This document shows positions 26,001 to 36,559 of a stretch of 64,000 nucleotides of DNA, piece after piece. The stretch comes from Phoronis australis (taxonomy: Eukaryota > Animalia > Phoronida): the NCBI GenBank assembly GCA_002633005.1, contig NMRA01000121.1, positions 794,897 to 858,896 on the forward strand, given 5' to 3'. The position numbers were made by a program, and so were the translations under genes. The first letter of the stretch is position 1. Each line of letters begins with the position of its first letter. The notes beneath the pieces were generated by a model. It did no database searches and was not told where the DNA came from. It saw only the letters and a list, made by a program, of their open reading frames with translations.

Positions 26001-26757
26001 GTCTTGTGTGTTCGTGTTCGTCCGTGGGTTTCCCTCAGTGGCTGGATGTTGTAAGTTCTAGTTTTGTCACGTGACTGGGGAATCGTGAGATCTCTCTTCG
26101 TGTGGCACTGCTGCACGCAGGACGTCTGCGTTTGTGGGTCTTCAACTCAAGCGTGTATTCAAGCTTTCATATGAGTAAAGGTAAGCTGCACGAGAACCTG
26201 TGTATCGAGTCACAACACAGGGAACAGTTTGGCCGTACTCCCGACTTGTTTAAATGTGCTGCGACCAGTTTAAAAAACTAGCGACCAGTATGTAGTCTTC
26301 ATTGGTTCAAAGTACACTTGACAACAACTGGCCCACTGAAACTGAATGCTGAATGAAGGCCAAGTGGTCAGTTGTTGGAAGCCTAATCCGCGATCTCACT
26401 CAAGCGGCAGAGCGGGGCGGCAGAGCGGGGCGGTAGTCTATTTCTGGTGTAACGAGGCCTGTAAATAATCTCTTCAATTATCTTTTCCATTCCACTTGAA
26501 CAACTAGTCATAGTCGATTGAATTTAAACAAAGGCCCAGTGTCACTTTTAGGCCGAGCAAATGTAAACTGTCCAACAACAACCAGTAGACTTACTAGTAA
26601 CATAAAGTTTTCTGTCTAGTTCCTCAGCGACACTCTCATTGATACCAGCTTCCACAAGCTTGTCATACTGTTCTGTTCTTTCGTAAGCTGGACCTTCTTG
26701 TGCATCCATTGGCTGTTCATTGCTGTCACCATTAGGTTCCTGTGTTATGTCAGCCAT
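1965..26757 (-). CDS. SYNCRIP: hnRNP Q/R (SYNCRIP-like) RNA-binding protein; multi-exon, 3' end outside window
   Basis: Exons 26757-26595, 25038-24800, 23555-23445, 21408-21232, 19543-19408, 3649-3441, 3095-2922 and 2077-1965 all have GT-AG boundaries and join in frame. They encode the acidic N-terminal domain ([22 protein letters not shown]), the [12 protein letters not shown] linker, three RRMs and the start of the RGG region. Confidence 0.95.
2922..3095 (-). CDS. SYNCRIP: SYNCRIP-like coding exon 7 (RRM3)
   Basis: [10 protein letters not shown]...[12 protein letters not shown]; acceptor TGCAG, donor GTCAGG. Confidence 0.95.
3441..3649 (-). CDS. SYNCRIP: SYNCRIP-like coding exon 6 (RRM2); not in the ORF track
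   Basis: Hand translation [31 protein letters not shown]...[17 protein letters not shown]; phase matches exon 5; donor GTAAGC. Confidence 0.94.
4008..4905. mobile_element. Candidate solo LTR (~900 bp)
   Basis: Ends TGTGGGT...ACCCACA (perfect 7-bp inverted TG..CA ends); internal direct repeats (CATCAGCCAGAGACTGTGATCAGCAAG vs CATCACCAGAGACGGTGACCAGCAAG); begins immediately after the 20-bp inverted repeat of the host element. No clean TSD. Confidence 0.5.
5261..6156 (-). mobile_element. Non-autonomous Kolobok-type DNA transposon with THAP remnant, copy A
   Basis: TTAA|AGGAGCATGCCACCC...GGGTGGCATTTTCCT|TTAA. Minus-strand decayed THAP fragments CIVPACPN and [17 protein letters not shown]...KHLR. 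N at 5814. Confidence 0.78.
6209..6692. mobile_element. MITE with CAGGGCTCGGAAT / ATTCCAAGCCTTG ends
   Basis: Imperfect 13-bp TIR flanked by direct repeat TAAAAT. Confidence 0.6.
8553..8718. mobile_element. Short MITE of the CAGTGGCGGAT-TIR family
   Basis: AGTGGCGGATTTAGGGG...GGATCTGCC; closely matching inverted copy at about 34822-34987. Confidence 0.65.
11473..12498 (+). mobile_element. Helentron/DINE-like non-autonomous element inserted into the transposase pseudogene
   Basis: Starts CAAGAGC in an A-run and ends with hairpin ATGCGTCCACATAT-AA-ATATGTGGGCGCAT (12468-12497) followed by an A-run; internal GCCACTAG(A/G)GG subrepeats; no TSD; separates GWGLKSSK from the next transposase fragment. 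Confidence 0.65.
13076..14303 (-). mobile_element. Second, inverted Helentron/DINE-like element of the same family
   Basis: Reverse complement starts CAAGAGCAATGCGGAGTATTGAGATGC (copy 1: CAAGAGCAACGCAGAGAGTTGAAATGC) and ends with the homologous hairpin near 13076-13107; CTAGTGGC subrepeats throughout. Confidence 0.65.
17530..17720. repeat. Minisatellite, 28-bp unit GTATTCACAGTTCATATCTCCACCGCAA, about 7 copies
   Basis: 28-bp periodicity (17557, 17585, ...). Confidence 0.92.
18581..18733. mobile_element. Short MITE (Harbinger-like ends)
   Basis: GGGCCCAGTTGCATAAAAG...CTTTATGCAACTCAGTCC imperfect TIRs. Confidence 0.5.
19408..19543 (-). CDS. SYNCRIP: SYNCRIP-like coding exon 5 (RRM1 end, RRM2 start); not in the ORF track
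   Basis: Hand translation [45 protein letters not shown]; acceptor TTTCAG, donor GTGAGT. Confidence 0.93.
19661..21071. mobile_element. Non-autonomous Tc1/mariner(pogo)-type element, left end eroded
   Basis: Right end GGCGGTTATTACGGCGAATACGG|TA; GGGCGCTTA subterminal repeats; left ~500 bp homologous to the arms of 26955-28764. Confidence 0.65.
21232..21408 (-). CDS. SYNCRIP: SYNCRIP-like coding exon 4 (RRM1)
   Basis: [20 protein letters not shown]...NRGYGFVTF; acceptor TTCAG, donor GTAAAG. Confidence 0.95.
21635..22483 (+). mobile_element. Non-autonomous Kolobok-type DNA transposon with THAP remnant, copy B (inverted relative to A)
   Basis: TTAA|AGGAAAATGCCACCC...GGGTGGCATGCTCCC|TTAA; both terminal regions nearly identical to 5261-6156; THAP remnant at about 21801-22000. 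Confidence 0.8.
23445..23555 (-). CDS. SYNCRIP: SYNCRIP-like coding exon 3
   Basis: [26 protein letters not shown], the hnRNP Q/R signature; acceptor TCCAG, donor GTAAGG. Confidence 0.95.
24800..25038 (-). CDS. SYNCRIP: SYNCRIP-like coding exon 2 (acidic N-terminal domain)
   Basis: [18 protein letters not shown]...KGPDEAKLN; acceptor TTTTAG, donor GTAGGT. Confidence 0.93.
25370..25867. repeat. Degenerate ~20-bp tandem repeat (AACACCCGGTGTTACACT), densest at 25595-25867
   Basis: Many ACACCC(G/A)GTG(T/C)TAC units. Confidence 0.8.
26595..26757 (-). CDS. SYNCRIP: SYNCRIP-like coding exon 1 ([10 protein letters not shown]...RKLYVT)
   Basis: Acceptor TTTATAG one base before the ATG at 26757; donor GTAAGT at 26594; phase 1. 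Confidence 0.88.
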
Positions 26758-26954
26758 TCTATAAAGAAACATGTCAACAAATACAGACCACTAGCAATGT
26801 GTGAGGGTGCCAGATAGACTGGTTTCACAAAACAAATAGAACAATTGTTCCTGTGTCACATCAGCTGTTATGTATAATACCACTTAAATGAACCCAATCC
26901 AATCCACCAGGCTGTAGCTAAGGTCAATACACAGATGTGTGAACATTATTATTG

Positions 26955-28764
26955 CCGTATTCGCCCCAATGAGCACTCAGGGCACTTAGAAAAATTCGTT
27001 TCAGGAAGGGGGGGGGCGCTTATTATAGTCCAAAGTGGTTGAAACCCAGTCTCCAAACAGGTGAAATCGTAAGCTATAATTCATCAAATTTACGCTCTGT
27101 GACGCATCTGTAACCTATGACAGAGGTTCTACGAAATTGCAGTGCATAGCTATCAAACTTCGTTGTTAAATTACAAGCATCTTTCAGAAAATCCCCAGGC
27201 AGTAAGTATGTAGTGTGGTGTAATGAATCGTGTTGCGGCCGACAGATGGCGCACACGTGGTAATAATTAAAACAACACACGAATACCTCAACCAATAAAA
27301 TACGTCTATTAATTTGCAGCGTTGTGATTTACAAACAATAGCTTACAATAAGATGCGAGACTGACGACTAACTGAATGAGACGAGATATCACTGCTAGAG
27401 AAGGCACTAAACAACAATATCACCAGTTACCAGTAGCAACCGCACATGCAACACATTACAAGTCGCAACAGAACTAACCCTCTAGAACAATCGCTAGACT
27501 GGTTCGAATTGTCTGACAGGCTGAGACCAACACCTGTGTTAAATGTCTATACCTCAGTTATATACTTTGGACTTGATTCGTAGGTTTTCCGTCCGGTCCG
27601 GGTTCTCCTCCCTGTCGTGACTTTGCAGTTTTTGAAGACTCAAGTTGGCCTGTTCGGTGCGGTCTGATCGGTCTGCTTCTGTTAGTGCCTTAAGTAGCAC
27701 CTTTGGAGCCATCACGTGATGGTCCCACCTCTTTTAGTACATCTCTCTTATGACCAGCTAATTAACTGTCCTATAGAAAATTCTTGCATAACTGCCACCT
27801 CTCTCAGATTTGCTACACCAGGGGTGTGCCTATCCTCTGAGGGATCGCTATTTAACTGTCACTCTAGAGATGTGGAAGCTCAGTTGGCGACCAACCATCC
27901 TATAGAAAATTCTTGCATAACTGCCACCCCTCTCGGACTTGCTGCCCCAGGGGCATGCCCAATCCTCCGAGGAATCTCAACTATTACAGAAGTATGCATA
28001 TCCCCTGGGAATATTTTAAGACATGCTTGCATGCACGTGGAAAGCAGTGCCTCATTATATCACAGTAGCCACATGGCAACTAATATGGGCCTTACCGAGA
28101 AAAGTGTCGAACGTGTTCAGCAAATGATTCCAACAAGAGCTGAATGAACCATGTTCTCCTTTCTGCTTGTGCTAATTTCTTGAGATAAAATGCACATCAA
28201 GCTCAATTGACTGCGTTTACTCTGGCAAATAAACTCTGGTGACAAGCACACGCTCGCTCACTCACCACGCAGACGAACTTAAAAACAAATGACATGTGAC
28301 AACATGTCAAGAGATTTTTTTCTCGTGTAGGCCTGCCATCACAGATGGCACGATCTAGCAGATTTGGACTTAACCTGCTGTTAATCCCAACTCCACGGGA
28401 ACTTAAAAATCTTAGGGATACTATTTTGAAAAACTTAAGGATTTCAGGTAATTTGCTTCTGGAGTTGAAACTGTATTTTTATTCAAGCATTCAAGTTGCC
28501 ATATCAACGCTTGCGAGGCAGTGAGTCGGCAAGTTTTCAGGAATTTATGCACAATTTTCTGTAAAATGATCGTAATTTAACAGCAAAGTTTGGATAGCAA
28601 TGCAGCAAAATTTTGTAGAAAGTCTGTCGTAGGTTACAGATACATCACGGAGCGTAAATATGATGAATCTTAGCTTCCAGGTTTCAACCGCCTTGGGTTA
28701 CAATAAGTGCTCCCCCGAAACAAATTTTTCTAAGCACCCTAGGCGGTTATTAGGGCGAATACCA
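26955..28764. mobile_element. Foldback Tc1/mariner(pogo)-type non-autonomous element, same family as 19661-21071
   Basis: CCGTATTCGCCC...GGGCGAATACCA ends; about 200 bp of the left arm is an inverted match to the right arm. Confidence 0.65.
27219..28064 (-). mobile_element. Candidate solo LTR nested in the foldback element
   Basis: TGTAAT...ATCACA ends with near-TSD GTGG/GTAG; internal direct repeat TCCTATAGAAAATTCTTGCATAACTGCCACC near 27769 and 27898. Confidence 0.4.
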
Positions 28765-28881
28765 TATATGCACAATCATGTAGTTATAAATAACACATCC
28801 CATGACTCTGGATACAATTTAGTCAACATAACTTGAACATATCCATGAAAATTTGTCATAGTTCGCTCGAGTTTCTCTCAC

Positions 28882-28925
28882 CAAGCGCCATTTTGAGGAA
28901 GTTAAGTGAAATCACGCCTGTTGAC
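28882..28925 (-). promoter_or_regulatory. Candidate 5' exon / TSS-proximal region of the SYNCRIP-like gene
   Basis: Coding exon 1 starts with a splice acceptor, so an upstream exon is expected. The minus strand here reads CTTCCTCAAAATGGCGCTTG|GTGAGA: a YY1-like AAAATGGCG motif followed by a donor. Confidence 0.35.
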
Positions 28926-29636
28926 AAATAAAAAGTCCAAGGGACATAAATCTTAACAATTTCACCTGATACCTTCCCATGCAAGTGTCAAGCGCTAGCA
29001 TCATGCGCTTCACTCAGTCTCGCAGTAGCCGTTACCTAACTCATATGACTCAGTTCAAATACTTTGTGGTTATCACGCACGTGGTGAAAAAGTTAACAGT
29101 GACCAAAGTCGCGTTAATTCTTGTAACTAAGCTTCATCGGAGATATGTGTAGAAGTACAAAAAGACCACTGAAGAAAGTAAGCGTGAAAGTTTTAAGTGT
29201 GGAATGTATTTTTGACAAGGATAAAACTCTAAATCGGTGACTGGATTTGGCCTAACCGCTCGTTTGAAATACAAGGGATGAAATTCATACAGAAAGCGAT
29301 GGGAAGTATTGTAGCCCCTAACTGGCAACCAAGGGGCTATGTGTTGCCTATCAATCAGCGTGCTCATTGAGAAGTATAAAAGTAATGTTGCTGTTTGTCT
29401 CGTAAAGTCACGATCTACACTTTGCCGTCCATCCGTAACTCATCAGTAATTTCCGTACCATCCTTAACCTCGAACCGTCAAAGTGCGAGGTGTGTTTGGG
29501 CTTTTTGGGAACATTTTTGTGCTTTGACTGCAAATTTCTAGCGAACTCGCTGGAACAGGACGCCGTGAATGGTTTTATAAGAAAGAACAATTGCTCATGG
29601 TTTGTTGAACCCGTTGTGTGTAAATTTATTGAGTTA

Positions 29637-29905
29637 TGTGTTTGATATGGACGGCTGAATCTAAGCACCATGGAATTTCTAGTCCCGAGTGTCATACCTT
29701 GTAGTATATTATATGTAGTGTATTGAGGACGATCAGAAGCTGAGTACGCCTGTGATTAGTGTATAGTTGAGGGCTGATTAAAGGTGTCTGTGGTTTTGTG
29801 TTTGATATGGATAGCTGAAGTGAAGCACCTGAGGAATTTCTAGTCCCGAGTGTACACCTTGTAGTGTACATATATATAGTGTATTGGGGACGATCAGAAG
29901 CTGAG
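29637..29905. repeat. Two ~108-bp imperfect direct repeats (29637-29744, 29797-29905)
   Basis: TGTGTTTGATATGGA...GGAATTTCTAGTCCCGAGTGT...GGACGATCAGAAGCTGAG occurs twice. Confidence 0.85.
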
Positions 29906-30430
29906 CCTGAGGTAGGCAATGACCATCGCCTCTGTTGGCCCGACCAGAGGCGATGCAGCTCCTACAGGCGCTCCATACGCCAGAAGCTTTTCGGCGAATT
30001 ATGCTTCATAGTCTCGTTCGCCCAAAGTTATCCTCACCACCTTATCTAATACCTCGGCATTCATTGCCTCCCCAGGTTTAACTGTCTGCAACTTTACTAC
30101 TTTCCCTGATGTTAAGTTATCTAACTTTAACTTAGTAGCCCATTTTCGAGATATTGCCGTGGTTTGAGCTCCCGAGTCTACAATATCCTGTATATATTAC
30201 GTTAACCAATAACGGAGTAGCAAACCGATTACACCCACGCCTACTACCCATGTCAGTTACAACACAACTGGCTAGGTTCTCACATACTGTATCATTACCT
30301 AGAACCGTTTCAGTACCCTGCTGTATGTCCTTACAATGCTGCACTACTGACATCAAAAACGCTTCAGGTATGCCAGATTGCCTACTCTGATCCATTTCCA
30401 GTTCCTGATCTGATTCTGAGCCTTCTGATT

Positions 30431-32080
30431 CTACTGGGACTTCTGCGTGGCTCCTACAGTGGTCCCTCTGGAGTTTTCCAGTAGATTTTCCTTCTTAATC
30501 TTATCAGGACAGTTCCGTGCAAACTGACCCTCCTTTTGACACCTGTAACATTTCTTCGGCTCTCTCAAGGTATCCCCCTTCCGATCACCCTCATTGGTTC
30601 TAGGCTGATTTCCTGAAGAAGCTTTCTTAGACCCCCATCTAATTTGACTTTGTCCATTCTGAACCAACAGCTTATCTTTATCCCCCCTGAACGACCCCGG
30701 AGATTTCAGCACAAGTTTTTGTATCGCCTGAGTCTGTTCAGTTACGGCCTTAATTAACTGAGCTAACATTTATTCAGAGCTGGATTTAGCCTCTGTTACC
30801 GAAGCTATCCGGTAAGAATTATCCTCAACCTCTTCCCTGAAGGGCAAATCTTCCTTCACTAGGTAAGCTGAATGCTCATTAGCCCCCCGACCAGGTTCCT
30901 GTCTTACTCTCTCCCGTGTCCTATGCTTATCCTCCATCATAGATTGAGCTTCCTCCAATACCCGGGGTTTCTTCAAGAGCACAAATTCCCCGGCCTCTGC
31001 ATCTAATGCACCTACACAAAACTGAGTTATCGCTTCCCGATGTACTAACTCTTCCGAGCCAAATTCCCCAAACGCTTGTCTAGACAGAGTCATTACTCTC
31101 ATGGCCCACTCCAGTCCTCTGATTAGCTGTTCCTAATATTTGACTAGCTGTCGAGGCTCTCCCTTCATCCCCGTAATAACTATCTAACACCTCCAGAACT
31201 TCATTCCGGGTTACTTAATTGTTCTCCCAGTTCCCCCACAAAATCCAAAGGTTTCCCCTCTAGACAATACATAAAAGAGTCTAAAGCCTCACCCGCTGTC
31301 ATTCTTCTCGCTCCAGCCCACCTCCTAAACAGTTGTTTGAAAATTCTATAATTCCCAGTCCCATCAAACTATGTTTTTCGGTAGTACCTGCGTACTATAT
31401 CCCCTGGCATTATAGCCTCTATTTCCTCCCCTTCTCTCTCTAAAGTCCTCCCGTGGCTCATAGTAACGGCGTCGCTGAGAATACCTATCCTCATAATAAT
31501 CCCGATCGTACTCTCTACGCTCCACTCTATCTAGGCCATCCTCCTGAGTATGCCTATACCGCCACGGATTATGTCCCCCATCATACTCATCCCTATCCAT
31601 TACATAACGCCACCTTCTCGGCGGACTCCTGTAATATTCTCTCATAGGTGAGTAATCTCTTGGTGAACTACGTCTCAATCTATAATCAATACCTCTATTA
31701 TCCTCCCGTTTTGGTGAGACTACAAAACGATTGGCAAATCTCACCTCAGGACTCTTCCTACGGGCCCCCTCACCTCCTGGCGAGTATCTTAAACGAAGCC
31801 CCCTCCTTCCGGGTGAAATTCCCATAGAGCTATCATCGTCCGAGAGACGACTTCTTTCTGCTTCATACAACCGAATCCTACCCCGCTGAACAGGTGACCC
31901 TACTGGACTTTCCGGACCCCTTAAATTACCATAAGGTACCTTACCATCCTCCAGTCTACCCCACGTGCTTAAAGTTATCCAGTCCTTACTGTCTATCCCT
32001 TCCTCATTTCTATGAGTATAAGCAGTACGCCTACGAACATCAGGTGGATTTGCAAGATCACTATCTGCACATGTAGCCAT
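30431..32080 (-). pseudogene. Gypsy gag pseudogene
   Basis: ORF pieces 31364-32080 (R/S/Y-rich N-terminus), 30770-31102 (capsid-like RVMTLSRQAF...AITQFCVG) and 30431-30769 with zinc knuckle CYRCQKEGQFARNC (His replaced by Gln); stops and frameshifts between the pieces. Confidence 0.8.
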
Positions 32081-32554
32081 CGCACTATTCTTACTTATGC
32101 TCCAAAATGACGACAGTTGACTTCACTAATAACCCTCACAAATTTCAGCAAATTCGGGAAACTCTCAAGACTCCTTAACCTCCACGACTCCACAAACCCT
32201 AAAACACACCTAGGAATATCAACAAACCTGTTAAATATTTCCCGACGTTCCACCACTTTTGATAATCCAACCAAAATGGCCGCCCTCACTCGGTGCTATT
32301 TCGAATTAGAGGTTCGCTCCTTCCAGACTCAATTTCCTAGTTGTCTTGAAAAACGTTACTGCCCACGTATTTCTCAAACTAGCCTTTCTAAACTCTACCC
32401 TGTCTCAGGAGTTGAACCTGACGACAGAAGATACAGATGAGATAGAAAGAAAACCAAATTCAAAAATTCAAAAATTCAATATGGCTGCCTACCCGCGTGG
32501 TCTTTTATCTGACACCGGGTTCTCAAATTTCAGTACTCTTTTGAGAATACCAAC

Positions 32555-32567
32555 ACCGCTGCCACCA
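32555..32567 (-). other. Primer-binding site TGGTGGCAGCGGT (tRNA-Leu-like by recall)
   Basis: TGG start 3 nt after the LTR-terminal CA and upstream of gag. Confidence 0.7.
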
Positions 32568-34367
32568 AAATGTTGTGTCTTTCCCTGACCACGTTAGTCT
32601 AATATACACTAAGACAGCTTACCTAACTGGTTATGTAAAGGTCTCTGAAGTCTACAGAAGATATACGATGGAGTCGAACGTTTTTTTAATTTTTTTTACA
32701 ATACCCATGTGTCATACATTTTTGAAAAGCCCTTGGTGTGAGAAATGAAATGGTGCAAAAATCAGAAAAATTGGATGAGCGGTTGACAAGAAAATGGCCG
32801 TTGAAACGCGACGATTGCGCGTGAAATATCTGCCTTTTTACATAATTTCGTAAAAAATAAAAGAATATACATGTGCTGCATATAAAAAGATTCGTCTAAT
32901 TGAGACAAACATGGTGGTGTGTATTATATAAAATTTGGATCGATTTCTACAGAGATATTGCCGTTTAAGTGTGTTGTTATAGCATAGAACAGGCTCATCA
33001 TGTTTGATGAAAACAATGGATTACACAGCTTAAAAGGTAAAGAGCAAAGACACCACATCATCTCAGAAATAAATACATCTGAGCTAGGAGGAAATTTCAC
33101 ATCAAATCACAAGATCACATTGGTGGATGTGGGGGGGGNTCCCAGATTTCATTTGGCAGTGTGAGGGTGCAAATATCTTACAGGTGAAATCCTGCGTAAT
33201 ACTCTGCCCTTCCCCCCATCTAAAAATCCTAGATCTGCCCCTGAATACTACTACATGGGCAACACATCATGGCCCGACAGGGGGCTGTGGAAGGCTATAG
33301 CACCCCCAATTTTTCAGAGCTGGGTGCCACCCATGTACTATTAGATCGTATCATGGCAAAAAAACATCAGAAAGTAGACAAAAGACCATTTGGGAAAACA
33401 AATCACTCTTAACATAAAGGATTTCATCATTTACGCAACAAAACAACAAAAACTTTGTAACAACTTTATTTCGAACGGTGAAGTTGCGATGCCATTGAAC
33501 TTCAACGTAGCCGATGGTGGCGCTTACATGCGGCGACTTAGTGAACTAACGACTGCTTGTTTGAAAAGTGCCAATGCGCAGCAGTTTGACAGAATTTCTG
33601 AAAATGAAATAATTACCAATTAAAAGAGTGATAAATTCCTCATCTAAAAATCGGAGGGGCATATTGCGCAACTGGAAAAACATCAATCTCCCGACCGACC
33701 AAAATTAGGCCTTCCGGACGCTCGAAAATTCGCCATGAAAACTTGGCCTTGACTTCGAGAAAACAACTTGAGGAGATGCGCACGCATCTAAACTACATCC
33801 TGTCCAAATTTCATGTTTGTATTTGAGAGTATAGACCCTATTCACGCCGACAGGAGGCGCGTTCCAAAACGAGGCTCGCTACGATAGCTCTGGTGGCTTA
33901 TCCGCGTAGTCGTACTCCGCGTTGCTCGAACAGCTAGAAAAAATACGGACACTGTTTTACAATCCCTAAGGACGTTGGGGTTCGGAAGCGTTGGGTCCTT
34001 GCCATACGCCGCGACGAAGGAAAATATGTCCGTGTAAAATTTATAACTGTTTTCGAATCATAATTTGTTGCATCTCGGACTGGATGCCGCCATAGCAACG
34101 AGGACCGGAGAATCTTCGGCCAGCCAGGCTGTGTTTTCATGACTATGGGTTGAAGCGCGATGCATTTTTCTTTACAAAAAGGACAGGGCCCTCAATCCCT
34201 CAATTTTGGGGCCAAATATCGGCCTTATTCCTCTCTCAAAAATATTGAAAAATCACGCGAAATTCCCGGCCACGAGGCCTAAAAATCCCCTTTGTGATTG
34301 AAAATTTCTCTCCAATGGTTCAAATCACCTGTGACCACAGAGGTGACAATTTGAAAAAGTACAAAAT

Positions 34368-34633
34368 CATAGGCGGATTTAGGGGGGCAGGGCCCCCCCC
34401 CCTGACTGCCGCAAGCAAAATAAACCAGCAAAACGTGAAGGGGGAGGAAACTTGTACTGAGTTCGAGCCTAAGACCGGTAGCGGACGACGGGGGAAAACA
34501 TGTTCCGTTTTATTTTTTTTAGTCCAACGACAGATTTCCTGAGCCGCCTGCGTGCATACAATCGCGCTTTGCCCGAGGATGTCGGGGCCCCCCCCCCTCA
34601 CTAGGGCTATGTGGTATCCTAGATCAGCCACTG
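34368..34633. mobile_element. CAGTGGCGGAT-family MITE
   Basis: GGCGGATTTAGGGGG...CCTAGATCAGCCACTG. Confidence 0.6.
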
Positions 34634-34821
34634 AAAATGCTACTTGAGACAGAGCTATGAGAGCTTGCAAAAGGGTGGGGTGCTCTTGATGGTGATCGAG
34701 AGGTCAGTAGTTTTCACTGACCCGTCACTCGGCAAAACGTTCCCCTCTCAGAAGGCCGCACACACATGAGGCACCTTTCCCCTCGGAGGTCTCTGAAGAA
34801 ACATGATAACTATGCTTGTTC

Positions 34822-34987
34822 CAGGGGGATCTAGGACTTTGAGTTAGGGGGGGGGGGCAAGGCAGAGCATTAGCCAGGATTTTGCCCGTCAGAAATTCGC
34901 GCTCCTGAACTGCCAAATGGAATCTGGGAGCCGGAACTTTAGGGGGGCTGGGGCATAGCCCTTGACTCCCCTCTAAATCCGCCACTG
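34822..34987. mobile_element. CAGTGGCGGAT-family MITE (inverted relative of 8553-8718)
   Basis: Shared GGCAAAATCCTGGCTAA...CCCTAACTCAAA body; ends AAATCCGCCACTG. Confidence 0.65.
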
Positions 34988-36090
34988 TGTTCTGTCCAGT
35001 TAACTGAAATTGAGCTCTAAAACGAGGTTATGCTTTGGACGAAAGAATTAGGTGTTTTAATTTTAAAATTCAACTTGGTCGAGATTGATATTTGAAAAAT
35101 ATAACACATGAAATAGACGTAATTATTAAAACCAAGAAAGCAGAATTGATGGTCATATAATTTTTATTTTCAATTGCAAGCCTAGTTTTTTATCGTAATC
35201 AAAATATATATTTAATAACATCAAGTATTATTTCAGATCAATGACAAATCAAATGTTAGTCCCGGTAGTGCCTACCTCACCAGGATCTAGACTATGCTTG
35301 AAGCTAATAGGCCTACTCTTGATCAACAAATTAAACCAGATGAGACTAATTTCACATGACAGCAAAATGCTATGAGCCACCACTGTCGATTATATCTTCA
35401 ACTCGTCAACAATACGAGCAGATGACCTGGTTCGTGTAGAAAGCATTTTTATCAAGAATTTATTAGAAGAAACGTAACCCTGCATTCAGCATGATACCTA
35501 ATCGCAATTTGATCATTTTTACTTTTCATGTTTCGAACCTAGTTTTCCGGAAAAAACCTATTCGTCAGACAAATCTTTGGTGCATTGACTTGTTCTTTAA
35601 CTGTATTTTTTTACGTCTCTGTGGTTAATTATTGACACATTTTTTAAGATTTAATATTCAGGTTGGACTCCAAAGACCGGCCATTTAACTCATGCAATGT
35701 AAATTTCCGCTTTGTTTATCGCAGTGAGCCTCGCTTTGGATTTTAATGTCCGCCGCGTGAATAGAGTCTATAGTGCTCTTTTGGATAGGAGGAACAAGAG
35801 GTACTTTTTCGAAAGTTGATCGCATGGCGGAAAATCGTGCGCTAAAAAAAGCTTACATCGGATATAATGGACCCTAACTTATTCCAAATAAGTCCACTAA
35901 ATGTAGGTCTAAATGAATGATTTTGGTATCGTTGCATTCCTCAGACATCTGGCTATCCGTACAAATCCTTTTCACAACCCTCAATTACTCTAGCCTATAA
36001 CTACGCCATTCTGAACTTGGTACACTTTAGCGTTAGCCACGCGCATTGTGAAATCGGCAGCCATTTCAGGGAACTTACTATATCTAGCGC

Positions 36091-36314
36091 CATCTATCGG
36101 CGATTTGCTGCAACACGCACTGCTCCTTTTTCATCTGTCAACATGGACGACGATAACATGACGATGACAGATACGATCGAGAGAGAGACGACGAAGGTGA
36201 TGACGAGAGCAGATGATTAATAACGACTGACGTTAATAATATTGACGAAATCGACCAATGACGTTGACTGATGAAAAAGGAACAGCGCATGTTGTAGCAA
36301 ATCGCCGATAGATG
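36091..36314. repeat. ~52-bp imperfect inverted repeat pair around a GAC/GAT-rich spacer (foldback MITE-like)
   Basis: CATCTATCGGCGATTTGCTGCAACA...TTTTTCATCTGTCAAC (36091-36142) pairs with GTTGACTGATGAAAAAGG...TGTTGTAGCAAATCGCCGATAGATG (36263-36314). Confidence 0.8.
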
Positions 36315-36435
36315 TCTTGTAGTTAACTTTGAAGTCTGAAATCGGGTAATTTACCGACGTGGGTTTTACACGGAGGCAGATATGGAGCACCGTGACCTAC
36401 TTTTCGATTGTCCTCCCTAATATAGACTTTTATAG

Positions 36436-36559
36436 TGCGTCTTGTCTCTTTCGAGTCTCAAGTGCGAAGCCAGGCTAGGAATGCGTCTTGTCTCTCCAGT
36501 CTCAAGTATGAAGCCAGGCTAGGAATGCGTCTTGTCTCTCCAGAGTCTCAAGTATGAAG
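36436..36559. repeat. Three ~45-bp tandem copies (TGCGTCTTGTCTCT..AGTCTCAAGT..GAAG)
   Basis: Direct inspection. Confidence 0.8.

Larger units (their letters stand above)
29920..32640 (-). mobile_element. Ty3/Gypsy LTR retrotransposon remnant (5' LTR edge, PBS, broken gag; pol essentially missing)
   Basis: Minus strand ...CACAACA TTT TGGTGGCAGCGGT (LTR end plus PBS), followed by gag-like ORF pieces. Confidence 0.8.
33831..35771. mobile_element. Non-autonomous TIR element with TAGAC ends (Academ-like), containing nested MITEs
   Basis: ATAGACCCTATTCACGC...GCGTGAATAGAGTCTAT; TIR similarity extends about 60 bp (TCCAAAACGAGGCTCGCTACGATA vs TATCGCAGTGAGCCTCGCTTTGGA); 3-bp TSD AGT. Confidence 0.7.
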
